The translations under genes and the position numbers were made by a program. Under the pieces are notes generated by a model. The model was not told where the DNA came from, ran no database searches, and saw only the letters and a list, made by a program, of their open reading frames with translations. A stretch of 41,211 nt of DNA from a virus: the IMG/VR virus record IMGVR_UViG_3300045163_000020; one strand, given 5' to 3'. The stretch's first letter is position 1. Every line of letters begins with the position of its first letter. This document shows positions 17,540 through 25,866 of the stretch, one piece after another.

Positions 17540-17698
17540 TTAGGCGGCGGTATCCATGTCGGAGGGCTTGAAGAACTTGAGGGCGATGTAGTCTTCACAG
17601 ACCTGTTCCGCTTCTTCCCTGGAATCACCGAGCTGGTCCATCCATGCCTGGATGAACTCTTCGCGCGTGGCGTTTCGGTTGCTGGTCGGGAAGATCAT
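17540..17698 (-). CDS. Small acidic protein (52 aa), hypothetical
   Basis: Below the ORF-track size cut-off. Manual translation gives MIFPTSNRNATREEFIQAWMDQLGDSREEAEQVCEDYIALKFFKPSDMDTAA. It starts 9 nt after the MuF stop and is followed by a terminator. Confidence 0.5.
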   Translation of the reverse strand: MIFPTSNRNATREEFIQAWMDQLGDSREEAEQVCEDYIALKFFKPSDMDTAA

Positions 17699-17707
17699 GG
17701 GTCCATT

Positions 17708-19549
17708 CTAGAGCGATTCCAGGAACTCCTTCAATGCCGGCCGCACGAACTCGTCGAAGTCGTCGTCGGGCCACTGCTGCAGGCCGTCCATCCCCTCACC
17801 TCCTCGGTGGAAGTCGATCGTGTTGACCACCTTCGGGGACTTCGATTCCGTGGCCACATACTGGGCGAAGGCTCGGGCGAACACTTCCCGGTCCTGGAGC
17901 AGGTACCGCTTGTGAATCGGGTCCGTGAGGCTCTTCTGTGGGTGGTCTTCCAGGGCTCGCACCGTCTCTGACCGCTTGATCTGGTCTAGAGCCTTCGTGT
18001 ATTTCGTACGTCCGGCTTGATCCAGGTCTCTGTCGAGCAGGTGGCCGAGTTCGTGGATGATGGTCGCTTCCTGTCCTTGGAGCGTCGGGTTGACCTCGAT
18101 GACTCTGGTGTCCAGGTTCGTTGATGCCCTCACCGTGCTTTCCTGTGCGGGGGTCCCGAAGCGGTCCTTCTTGAACAGGACGATCTCGGAGACAGGAATG
18201 CTGACGTGATCCGGCAGCACATCCCGGACCATCGTGCTGGCGCGGCTCGTTGCCTTCGCCAACTGTCCTGGTGATGTGGTGACGCGCTCACGGTAGTCCC
18301 GGGTGCCTCGGGCGTCGGCGGCCCGACTTGGCGTGGTGTCGATGACCGTCGGAGGTGACCGGTGGTTGACCCGCTGCCGCTTCTTCACCACCTCCGCCGG
18401 AGCGCCCCGGCGGATCAGTCTCTGCCCGGCGCGGGCCTTGGCTGCCTGGACTTCGGCGTCCCGCAGGCGGAGCCCGGAGAGGTTCGGGCTGGTGTCGTCG
18501 AGGTAGCCGTTGGCGTGGAGCATGGCGAGCGCCTGGTCCCGGTCGCCGCCGGCGATGCGGTAGATCTCCTCGGGCATGAGGCGGCGGCGTTGGGTCTCGC
18601 GGTAGCGGCGTCCCTGCTTGGTGAGCTTCGTGTCGTACTGCTGGCGGAGGTACTGAGAGGCCCACCCGCGTGAGGTGGTGGACTCGTAGGTGACCTTGCG
18701 GGTGGTTCCGAACCGGTCAACGGCGGAGGCCATTCCGCGGCGGGCGTTGACGACCTGCGCGGGGTCTGCGCCGTCGCGGATCGCTTCCGCCCCGGCCTTG
18801 GTGAAGATCTTGTTCTGCTGGGCTTCCGGGAGGGAGTGGAAGTACTCGCGGGTGTCGAACACCCAGCCGTCGAGGGATGGGTCGTTGTGCCGGTTGAGGT
18901 AGTCGTGGACCGGGACTGCGTCGCAGTCGCAGTTCGGGTGGCGCTTGAACGCGCCGCCGCCGTCGTAGATGCGGCCGGCGAGGATCGCGCAGCGGGAGCA
19001 GCACGGTGGGCGGACCATTCGGATCCAGCCGGCGTTGTCCCGGCTGGTGATCTGGACGCCCTTGGCGACGCGGGAGGCGTCGAGGACCGCGGTGTGGGTG
19101 GCGAGGAGCAGGGTCTGCCCAGCGCGGGCCCACAGGGCGTAGGTCTCCGGTGCGGGGAGGTCGGTGTCGAGGGCTGCGGCGACCGGGAGGCTGGCGGCGT
19201 AGGCGAGTCCGAGGTCGTCGCGTCCGGTGCCGTCGATTCCTGCGAGGGACTCGGGGGCGAGGTTGATGTCCTCGCCGCCGGTGTAGCCCTGCTCTTCGAG
19301 GAGCGGGTCGACGGTGAGGGTGGCGACGGTGGCGGCTTCGAGTTGGGCGGTGGCCACCTGGCGGTAGAAATGGTCGCCGTAGTAGCCCATCCAGACGTGC
19401 GGGTGCATGACGCCGTGGCCGGTCCACAGTTTCTTGACGGCGCGGATGGTCTCGGCGGTGATGTCGGAGCGGACGAGGGCTGCTGTCCGGGCCAGCGGGG
19501 GCATCGCGGCGATCTGCGCGGAGCGTGCCTGGTCGACTGTCGTGGCCAC
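17708..19549 (-). CDS. MuF-like (SPP1 gp7 family) minor head protein fused to a C-terminal HExxH metallopeptidase-like domain
   Basis: 613 aa. CCSRCAILAGRIY...FKRHPNCDCD matches the MuF zinc-motif pattern. The C-terminus carries IIHELGHLLD (nt 18041..18055) and a downstream REVFARAF. It lies directly after the portal gene. Confidence 0.85.
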   Translation of the reverse strand: MATTVDQARSAQIAAMPPLARTAALVRSDITAETIRAVKKLWTGHGVMHPHVWMGYYGDHFYRQVATAQLEAATVATLTVDPLLEEQGYTGGEDINLAPESLAGIDGTGRDDLGLAYAASLPVAAALDTDLPAPETYALWARAGQTLLLATHTAVLDASRVAKGVQITSRDNAGWIRMVRPPCCSRCAILAGRIYDGGGAFKRHPNCDCDAVPVHDYLNRHNDPSLDGWVFDTREYFHSLPEAQQNKIFTKAGAEAIRDGADPAQVVNARRGMASAVDRFGTTRKVTYESTTSRGWASQYLRQQYDTKLTKQGRRYRETQRRRLMPEEIYRIAGGDRDQALAMLHANGYLDDTSPNLSGLRLRDAEVQAAKARAGQRLIRRGAPAEVVKKRQRVNHRSPPTVIDTTPSRAADARGTRDYRERVTTSPGQLAKATSRASTMVRDVLPDHVSIPVSEIVLFKKDRFGTPAQESTVRASTNLDTRVIEVNPTLQGQEATIIHELGHLLDRDLDQAGRTKYTKALDQIKRSETVRALEDHPQKSLTDPIHKRYLLQDREVFARAFAQYVATESKSPKVVNTIDFHRGGEGMDGLQQWPDDDFDEFVRPALKEFLESL

Positions 19550-19553
19550 GGGG

Positions 19554-20900
19554 TCACACCCCCTTTCTCACCATCTTCGATTCGACGGGATCGGGGTCCC
19601 GTCCTGCGAGGTCGTCGGCTTCTCCGGCCATCCACGCCATCTCCTGGTCGATGCGGGGCTGGGACCATCCGATCTCGTTCATGCCGCCGCGCTGGGAGAG
19701 CACCGGCATGCCGCCGGTGAGCTTCTGGATGTAGTCGGCGCGCTGGGCGACGGTGGGGGTGCCGGGGTTGTGCCACTCGAGGCGGATCAGGCCGTCGGCG
19801 TCCCAGGCTCGGGTGCGGATCCGCTCGGCGATGCCGAGGGCCCAGGCCCATCCGGCGCCGGCGACGGTGTTGATGCGCTCGACCTGGCGGGTCAGGCGGG
19901 ATTCGTCGGCCCGGATCGCACCCTCTGCCGGCGGGTTTGCCGAGGACTGCCCCATCATCCGGACCGGCAGGCCGGTGACCGTGGACGCCTGCTCGGAGAG
20001 CATCCTGATCGTGTCGTGGAAGTTCGACAGGGACGCGGCGGGCAGCTGCGTGACCTTCGCGTTGGGGTCGGACAGTGCCCAGACGGCGCCGAGGTAGGTC
20101 TCCCAGATGTCCTTGATCGGCTTGCCGTTCTGGTCCACGAAGTCCTCGCGTTTGAGGCCGCTCGCGATCTTCTGCGGGGTGGCGATGGTCTCCATGGCGA
20201 GCTGCAGCTGCAGCATGACCCGGCCGCCCATGTCCACGAGCGGGAGGAGATCCGACATCTGGGATTCGCCTGTCCACCGTCCGGTCTGCCGCCGGTTGAG
20301 CATCATCACGACCGGGACGCGGCCGAGGTCGTGCTTGATGCGGGTGACGGCCTCCCACTTTCCGGCGTTCCGGTCGATGAGGACCGTGGAGTCCGGGAGG
20401 TAGAGGGTCATGTGCTCGGCGCGGCCGGTCTCGTCCCTGTAGAGGCGGAGAGCACCGACCATCGCGCGGGTGAGGTTGTCGACCTCGGCGGCCATGTCGC
20501 GGGGCGACTCGACCCGGATCCGCGGCCGGCCACCGGCGGGGTCGGCGGCGACGGAGACGAAGGCGCGGCCGTAGATGAGGAGGTCCTTGTGCGCGAGCTG
20601 TGCTTCGGTGTCGAGGTCGTTAGCTTCCCAGTCGTGGCGGAGCTCCTCGTCCTCCACGCCGGTGCCCTGGCGCAGGATCAGGCGGACGTCCATGCGCTCT
20701 TCGAGGACGTCGACGTAGGTTCGGCACCAGTTCAGGGGGAAGGCGAACGGCTGGACGTCCGGGGGGACGGAGATGCCGAGGTTGCCGATGTTCTGCAGGC
20801 CCCGGTAGTAGAGCCAGTTCTTGCGGTCCTTCGGCTTCTGCCGCTGGATGCGGGTGAACAGGCGGTGCATCAGCTTGGTCTCGTCCTGGGTGAGTTCCAC
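19554..20900 (-). CDS. Portal protein
   Basis: GTG 20900 lies 7 nt after GAGGAGG, which removes the spurious Arg-rich N-terminal extension of track ORF 19554..21353. 448 aa, between TerL and MuF. Confidence 0.85.
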   Translation of the reverse strand: MELTQDETKLMHRLFTRIQRQKPKDRKNWLYYRGLQNIGNLGISVPPDVQPFAFPLNWCRTYVDVLEERMDVRLILRQGTGVEDEELRHDWEANDLDTEAQLAHKDLLIYGRAFVSVAADPAGGRPRIRVESPRDMAAEVDNLTRAMVGALRLYRDETGRAEHMTLYLPDSTVLIDRNAGKWEAVTRIKHDLGRVPVVMMLNRRQTGRWTGESQMSDLLPLVDMGGRVMLQLQLAMETIATPQKIASGLKREDFVDQNGKPIKDIWETYLGAVWALSDPNAKVTQLPAASLSNFHDTIRMLSEQASTVTGLPVRMMGQSSANPPAEGAIRADESRLTRQVERINTVAGAGWAWALGIAERIRTRAWDADGLIRLEWHNPGTPTVAQRADYIQKLTGGMPVLSQRGGMNEIGWSQPRIDQEMAWMAGEADDLAGRDPDPVESKMVRKGV

Positions 20901-20914
20901 GGATTGGCCTCCTC

Positions 20915-21538
20915 TCAGGAGAACACGATGACGGTGTGGTCGACGGCCTGGCTCCAGCCCTTCGCGTGGGCGTCCATGGACGCCTCGTGCGCGAGGACCA
21001 TGGACATCGCGGGGTCGATCTTCTGGGTCTGTGACGGCTTGCCGAGGATGTACATCTGCCCCGGCTTGGCGATGCGGCGAGCGTTGGCCACCGCGAGGGC
21101 GGTCAGCGGGCAGCCGTCGTGGCTGATGCGGCCGGACGCCAGGTCCACGGTGAACCGCGACAGGGCCGCGTACATCTGCTTGATGCGGTATGTCGGCCAC
21201 TCGAGGACGTGCTCGGAGCCGTAGGCGAGCGCCCACTCCCCGATCTCCGTCCGCCAGTCCGGCGGGTCGCAGTACATCCGCTTGACCTTCCAGCGGGTGA
21301 ACGCCTCGTCGACGGCGGCGCGGACCTCGCCGCGGGGCACGGTGCCGCCCCACTCGGCCGGATTCCAGATCGCGGGGCGCCGGTCGGGCCCGTAGCGGGG
21401 GGTGAAGGCGAAGCCGTCGATGGTCTCGGCCCGCAGGGCAGTCCAGTCGTCGGAGTCCGATCCGTCGAAGCCGAGGCAGATCGCCTCGCCGTCGTCAGGG
21501 TTGCTCAGCCACTCCTGCATACGCCGCCTCCCATTCAC
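20915..21538 (-). CDS. terL: Terminase large subunit, nuclease (C-terminal) part
   Basis: ICLGFDGSDSDDWTAL...MYCDPPDW...IDPAMSMVLAHEA fits an RNaseH-like terminase nuclease pattern. It lies in the +1 frame relative to the ATPase ORF and overlaps it by 44 nt. An internal ATG 21520 is preceded by GGGAGG. Confidence 0.8.
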   Translation of the reverse strand: MNGRRRMQEWLSNPDDGEAICLGFDGSDSDDWTALRAETIDGFAFTPRYGPDRRPAIWNPAEWGGTVPRGEVRAAVDEAFTRWKVKRMYCDPPDWRTEIGEWALAYGSEHVLEWPTYRIKQMYAALSRFTVDLASGRISHDGCPLTALAVANARRIAKPGQMYILGKPSQTQKIDPAMSMVLAHEASMDAHAKGWSQAVDHTVIVFS

Positions 21539-22556
21539 TGCCGGGCAGCCAGCCGCCCTGGCCGTAGGTCACGATGTTCCCGAAGAAGCGCTTCGCCTGG
21601 TCTGGGTCACGCTTGGACAGTTCGATGGCTTCCGCTTCGACGGAGTCGAGGTCCACCCAGGGGCTGCCCTTGTACACGTACTCGAGGATTCGGCGCCGGT
21701 CCTCGGCGCTCTCCCACCGCCAGCTCTTCGGCGGGCGCTGGAAGTAGCGGTAGACATCGTCCGGTGCGGTCTCGAAGGTGGTCTGCGCGACGGACGCCTC
21801 GGCGGCGTTCCAGGCGTTCGTCGTCTCGATGGAGCGGCCGCCCATGCCGGCGAGGCCACGGCGCTGGTTGTCCGCGACCGCCATCAGCCGGTTGCTCGCG
21901 TTCCACAGCCCGGTCTCGTCCTGGAGGACGAAGGACACGGGCTGGCCGACGCGGCTGTTCGCGTTCGCGGTGACCATGTCGATGCGGTCGGCGGCGTCCC
22001 CGCCGAGATTGCCGAGGATGCGGACGAAGGTGTCGCGGTCGGCGAGAAGCCACCGCAGCGGCCCCATGGTGATCATCGAGCGCAGCGGACGGTAGGTGTT
22101 CTCCACCTGGTCCTCGCTGCTCGCTGTCATCTGGATCAGCGGCGACGGATGCCGCCGGCCTTTCGGCTCGCCGGGCAGGTACTGGTAGGTCCAGCCGCAC
22201 CGGCATCCGTTGTCCGAGCACCGGTACACCTCGCCCTCGTGCGCCCAGCCGTCGAACTCGCACGGGCCGACGGCCTGCAGGAGGACCATGGACGCCGCCC
22301 ACGGCCCCTTCCCTGTCTTCTGCGGTCCGACGACCTGCTCGCGGCGGTACCGGAATGCCTGGTTCCTCAGCGGCGTCCCGTCCCATTTCAGCCCGGCGCG
22401 GATCTCGCCGAACTTGCTGGCGACCCAGAACTGCCAGTCGGTCCAGATCAGCGGGTCACCGCGGTGGAAGCCGTCGGGGACCAGGCAGTGCGCCCGGACC
22501 CAGGCTTCCCAGAGGTCGCCGAGGGTCGGGAATTCCGCGGTCTGGTCAGCCGGCAT
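21495..22556 (-). CDS. terL: Terminase large subunit, ATPase (N-terminal) part
   Basis: 353 aa. Walker A-like VGPQKTGKG and Walker B-like SFVLQDE. Its start overlaps the TerS stop. Confidence 0.85.
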   Translation of the reverse strand: MPADQTAEFPTLGDLWEAWVRAHCLVPDGFHRGDPLIWTDWQFWVASKFGEIRAGLKWDGTPLRNQAFRYRREQVVGPQKTGKGPWAASMVLLQAVGPCEFDGWAHEGEVYRCSDNGCRCGWTYQYLPGEPKGRRHPSPLIQMTASSEDQVENTYRPLRSMITMGPLRWLLADRDTFVRILGNLGGDAADRIDMVTANANSRVGQPVSFVLQDETGLWNASNRLMAVADNQRRGLAGMGGRSIETTNAWNAAEASVAQTTFETAPDDVYRYFQRPPKSWRWESAEDRRRILEYVYKGSPWVDLDSVEAEAIELSKRDPDQAKRFFGNIVTYGQGGWLPGSEWEAAYAGVAEQP

Positions 22557-23025
22557 CGGGGACCACCTTCATCCGGCGCTTCCGCTGTTCACGGGCGGCG
22601 CCCTGGTCCTCTCCGCCGTCGTCGGTGTCGGGTTCGTCGTCGATGATCTTCCAGCCGTTCTCCCGCAGGCCTGCCGGGGACAGGCCGATGGAGTCGGCGA
22701 GCCGGTTGACCTGGGTCATCACCGAGGGTGTGGCGTCCGGCGCTTCGGACTTCACCTGCCAGCGGACGTAGTTGGCGATGGTGAGCCACCGCCAGGACTC
22801 GTCAGCCCAGGCGATGGCCTGCGGGTAGGTCCAGAGCTTCTTCCACAGGGATTTCTCCCGGACGGTGCCCTTCGGCATCGGCCAGGCCGGGGCCTTAATC
22901 GAACAGCCAGAGGCCGGGAGGAGTCGCTGAATGTCGTCCAGACCCCGCGAATCGGAGCGTTTCGACGCCGGATCGGGGGCCGGACCGGAGCGATTTCGAG
23001 CGCCGCCAGAACCCACAAAAACCAC
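22546..23025 (-). CDS. terS: Terminase small subunit
   Basis: About 155 aa immediately upstream of TerL, with AGGAGG upstream. The start may be GTG 23025 or GTG 23016. Basic C-terminus. Confidence 0.7.
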   Translation of the reverse strand: MVFVGSGGARNRSGPAPDPASKRSDSRGLDDIQRLLPASGCSIKAPAWPMPKGTVREKSLWKKLWTYPQAIAWADESWRWLTIANYVRWQVKSEAPDATPSVMTQVNRLADSIGLSPAGLRENGWKIIDDEPDTDDGGEDQGAAREQRKRRMKVVPDAG

Positions 23026-23223
23026 CTCCTACCTGCATTTTTTGAACCCTGCGCACCTTTTAGGGACCTCCGTCACGGCCAGGCGTGATTCGTTCGCTCG
23101 GGGTACTCCCCTGGGTGCCGTGCAGCACACGCGCTACTCGAACGCCCGTTCGATCGAACACCGTTCGATATCGGACCTGCTACCCCACCGGCTTCACTAC
23201 CGCTACCCCGGCCCCGGAGACCG
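23026..23223. promoter_or_regulatory. Candidate cos/packaging-recognition region between HNH and terS
   Basis: Locally lower GC. Direct repeat ccgttcgat at 23146..23154 and 23161..23169. Perfect palindrome gttcgatcgaac at 23148..23159. T6 tract near 23038. The HNH-terS-terL order is typical of cos phages. Confidence 0.35.
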
Positions 23224-23610
23224 TCACCGGCCGACCGGCGAGCCTCCGGGCCGACGACCTCGGCGGCGGACCTCCGCGTTCTTCCGGGAGTTGCACGACC
23301 GGCACAGCACCACGAGGGCACCGTCCGCCGACCCGCCGTCGGCCTGGGCCACGACATGATCGGCGGTGAGATCCTCCGACCGGTGCGGAGGACGACCCCA
23401 TCCGGGGCACCATCCACCACGCTCGGCACGATGCCGGCGGACGACGGCCGCCCGACGACGCTGCTCCGAAGACCGGCGCCCCGACACCTTCGTCGGGACC
23501 GTCGACTTCTCGAGTCGCTCCCGGACTGCCTGGTGCGCCCGGCACCGGCCACGAGGACCAGCGACCTCCGGACACCCAGGCTCCGAGCACGGACGCCCAG
23601 CACGCGGCAC
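23224..23610 (-). CDS. HNH endonuclease (terminase-associated type)
   Basis: GTG 23610 follows GGGAGGTGG. Contains CSEPGC...GRCRAH and DHVVAQADGG...LCRSCNSRKN motifs. The longest ORF extends to 23694. Confidence 0.8.
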   Translation of the reverse strand: MPRAGRPCSEPGCPEVAGPRGRCRAHQAVRERLEKSTVPTKVSGRRSSEQRRRAAVVRRHRAERGGWCPGWGRPPHRSEDLTADHVVAQADGGSADGALVVLCRSCNSRKNAEVRRRGRRPGGSPVGR

Positions 23611-23713
23611 ACCGACCACCTCCCGGACACGACAAGAGCGCTGGACCCGGACCGTATACCGGGTGCAGCGCTCGCCTGATGCGAAGCATATCACACCATC
23701 AGGGACACGCAGG

Positions 23714-24391
23714 TCACGCGCTTCCGCTCCCCTCGACCCGACGAGACTCCGCCACCCTCGCGTCCTTGCCCTCGGCCATACCGATCACATCCGTCAGCGA
23801 CACCCGTCGAGTCCCGTCAGGCATCACCATCGACCGGACCTCACCATGATCCGCCCACGTCCTGATCGCCTTGGCACTGGCCGACAGGTCCGGCCGCACG
23901 AACGGCAGCGCCCTCGACAACGTGAGCTCACTACCCCACTCGACAGACGCATCCCGCTCCGGCACACCAGCCAGCCGCCGCTGCTCCCGCTCCGTCATCG
24001 GCGGCTCCACCAGATCCAACACCTCACGAGCCACCGCCCCGATCTCCGACACCGCCTTCCCCGCGTCCTCCCGGACCACGACCAGATCCACGTGCGACAG
24101 CAACCACGCCGCCCACACCCCGACCCGACACCGATCCCCGACAGGACCACGCCGCTCCCCGGACTCAGTCACCGCCGGCGCCCACGCACGCAGCGTGTCC
24201 CACGCCCGCCACTGCACATCGAACGCGTGACCACGCACCGGCTCCCGAGGACCAGGAGCAGACGCAGTCACCCCAGCACTCGACCCCGACGCAGGCGTCG
24301 CCGGCTCCACCAGATCATCCAGCAGAGGAGACACCCTCACCAGATCCCGCAGAGCAGAGACCAGAACCTCCACCTCAACCTCATCCAACAT
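23714..24391 (-). CDS. Hypothetical protein with a possible C-terminal HTH
   Basis: 225-aa ORF and the first gene after the 245-bp gap. The C-terminal AKAIRTWADHGEVRS...RRVSLTDVI resembles a MerR/excisionase-type HTH. Confidence 0.65.
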   Translation of the reverse strand: MLDEVEVEVLVSALRDLVRVSPLLDDLVEPATPASGSSAGVTASAPGPREPVRGHAFDVQWRAWDTLRAWAPAVTESGERRGPVGDRCRVGVWAAWLLSHVDLVVVREDAGKAVSEIGAVAREVLDLVEPPMTEREQRRLAGVPERDASVEWGSELTLSRALPFVRPDLSASAKAIRTWADHGEVRSMVMPDGTRRVSLTDVIGMAEGKDARVAESRRVEGSGSA

Positions 24392-24464
24392 CAGACCTCA
24401 CCTTCCCTTCCTCTTCACTGACTTCCCTGAACCCCTAGGTAGTAGGGGGTACTGCTACTGCTTG

Positions 24465-24497
24465 CCCGACCCGACCCGTCCCGGCCCGACCCGCCCC
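24465..24497 (-). other. G-quadruplex-forming motif on the transcribed (minus) strand
   Basis: The minus strand reads GGGGCGGGTCGGGCCGGGACGGGTCGGGTCGGG: seven G tracts of 3 or more with 1-2 nt loops. Confidence 0.6.
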
Positions 24498-24582
24498 AAG
24501 ACACCGACCCCCTCATGTTCCCGGGAGAATTCTGGGAGACACGAGAGAGGTACACAGAGCAGATCGGGTATGCCGAAGGCGC

Positions 24583-24602
24583 CACCGTCATGCGTGACGG
24601 TG
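24583..24602 (-). terminator. Weak stem-loop downstream of the HNH-domain early gene
   Basis: caccgtca-tgcg-tgacggtg, an 8-bp stem with no U tract. Confidence 0.25.
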
Positions 24603-24636
24603 ACGTCGTCCCGGACCCCGAGCGCCGGTACCGCGT

Positions 24637-25584
24637 TCAGTGGCGCTTGCGCCGACGGCGCTTGCGACCACCTCCGCCGCCCTGCCCCGCAGCGCTGGAA
24701 TCCTGCGACCGGGGTCCCTGACCGTTAGCGGACCGTGCCCCGCCGGCTGGCTGCCGGCGGTCGGTCTGCGGATCAACTTCCACTGGCCTAGCGGAAGGTT
24801 CCGGGTCGGGTCCCGCGGACATCGCGGACTCAACAGCGTCGGCTTGCGCCGAGCGCGGGGTGCCGTGGGGCTCGACCTCATCCTTGCACGGATTCGGGAT
24901 CCCCATGGCGTGGGCGACACCAGCGACCCTCTCGGGCCACTGGCGGATCTTCGTCAGAAGCTTCGCGTCGTAGTACGGCTTCTCGGGCGGGTCGAGCAGT
25001 GGCAGCTCATCGTCCGGGTGCTCGAAGTCAGCACGCAGGCGATTGCACCCGCGACAGCACACGACGTAGTTCTCCGTCGTGGTCTTCTGATCCGGCTCCC
25101 GGTGATCGTAAGTGCCACCGCCGTCGTGCTTGTGGTCTCCCCAGCTCACCGTGTCACCGCAGTACCGGCAGGTGCTGCCGTCGCGCATGAGCACCGGGAC
25201 GACCAGCTTCGCGTCGTTACGGTCCTTCTTCCTCTTGGCCTCCATCTTCTTGTCCGTCTGCGTCATCAGGTGGATGAACGAGGCGCGCTTGACCAGCCGG
25301 TAAACCCGCTGGCCGTCCTCGTCGGTCGTCTCATCGACGATCACGCCGACACGCTTGAGCAGATCCACGACCCGCTCCACCTCACCCATGCCGATCATCT
25401 TCACCGCGGCCGCACGGGAGACGACGTAGTCGTCCTTCTCCGCAGCGCAATGGGTGAACAGCGTCAGCGTCCACCCCTTCAGCTCCGCCTCGAGACGCGG
25501 ATCCATCTGGCCGGCCGCGATCTCCGCCGCCTTCATGAACTCAGGGGCGCTGTTGATGGTGTCGCCATACCGCTGCCACGTCAT
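24637..25584 (-). CDS. Early protein with an HNH nuclease domain and a basic C-terminal tail
   Basis: 315 aa. CRYCG...H...YDHREP...CCRGCN forms an HNH-type zinc-finger pattern. Ends in GGGGGRKRRRRKRH. Confidence 0.75.
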   Translation of the reverse strand: MTWQRYGDTINSAPEFMKAAEIAAGQMDPRLEAELKGWTLTLFTHCAAEKDDYVVSRAAAVKMIGMGEVERVVDLLKRVGVIVDETTDEDGQRVYRLVKRASFIHLMTQTDKKMEAKRKKDRNDAKLVVPVLMRDGSTCRYCGDTVSWGDHKHDGGGTYDHREPDQKTTTENYVVCCRGCNRLRADFEHPDDELPLLDPPEKPYYDAKLLTKIRQWPERVAGVAHAMGIPNPCKDEVEPHGTPRSAQADAVESAMSAGPDPEPSARPVEVDPQTDRRQPAGGARSANGQGPRSQDSSAAGQGGGGGRKRRRRKRH

Positions 25585-25749
25585 CCGACTCGGCTCCCGG
25601 ACCGGGGCGTCGCCAACACGCTGGCGGCAGTCATGGTCATCATCGTCTCTCTGCTCCTGATCTCATCGTCACGGTCATCATCAAGTCCCCCGGCGCGCCG
25701 GGGATCTGTCTCGGTCACGGGTCCCGACACCCGGCGCGCCGGGTGGTCA

Positions 25750-25866
25750 TCAGTGCTTCCCTATGATGCGGTCCTGGTACTTCCCGCAGGTCCGGCACTG
25801 GCGGCGCTGGAAGGTGTAGCCGATCAGCTTCCACCTGGTCCACTGGTGTCGGTGGACCGGCCACAT
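25750..25866 (-). CDS. Small basic protein with a CxxC motif (38 aa), hypothetical
   Basis: Manual translation gives MWPVHRHQWTRWKLIGYTFQRRQCRTCGKYQDRIIGKH. ATG 25866 overlaps the upstream stop (TGATG). Confidence 0.45.
   Translation of the reverse strand: MWPVHRHQWTRWKLIGYTFQRRQCRTCGKYQDRIIGKH

Noticed and set aside
18415-20358. 647-aa minus-strand ORF overlapping the portal and MuF genes
   Set aside because: It is an Arg/Pro-rich alternative frame of two genes whose own frames give recognisable portal and MuF sequences.
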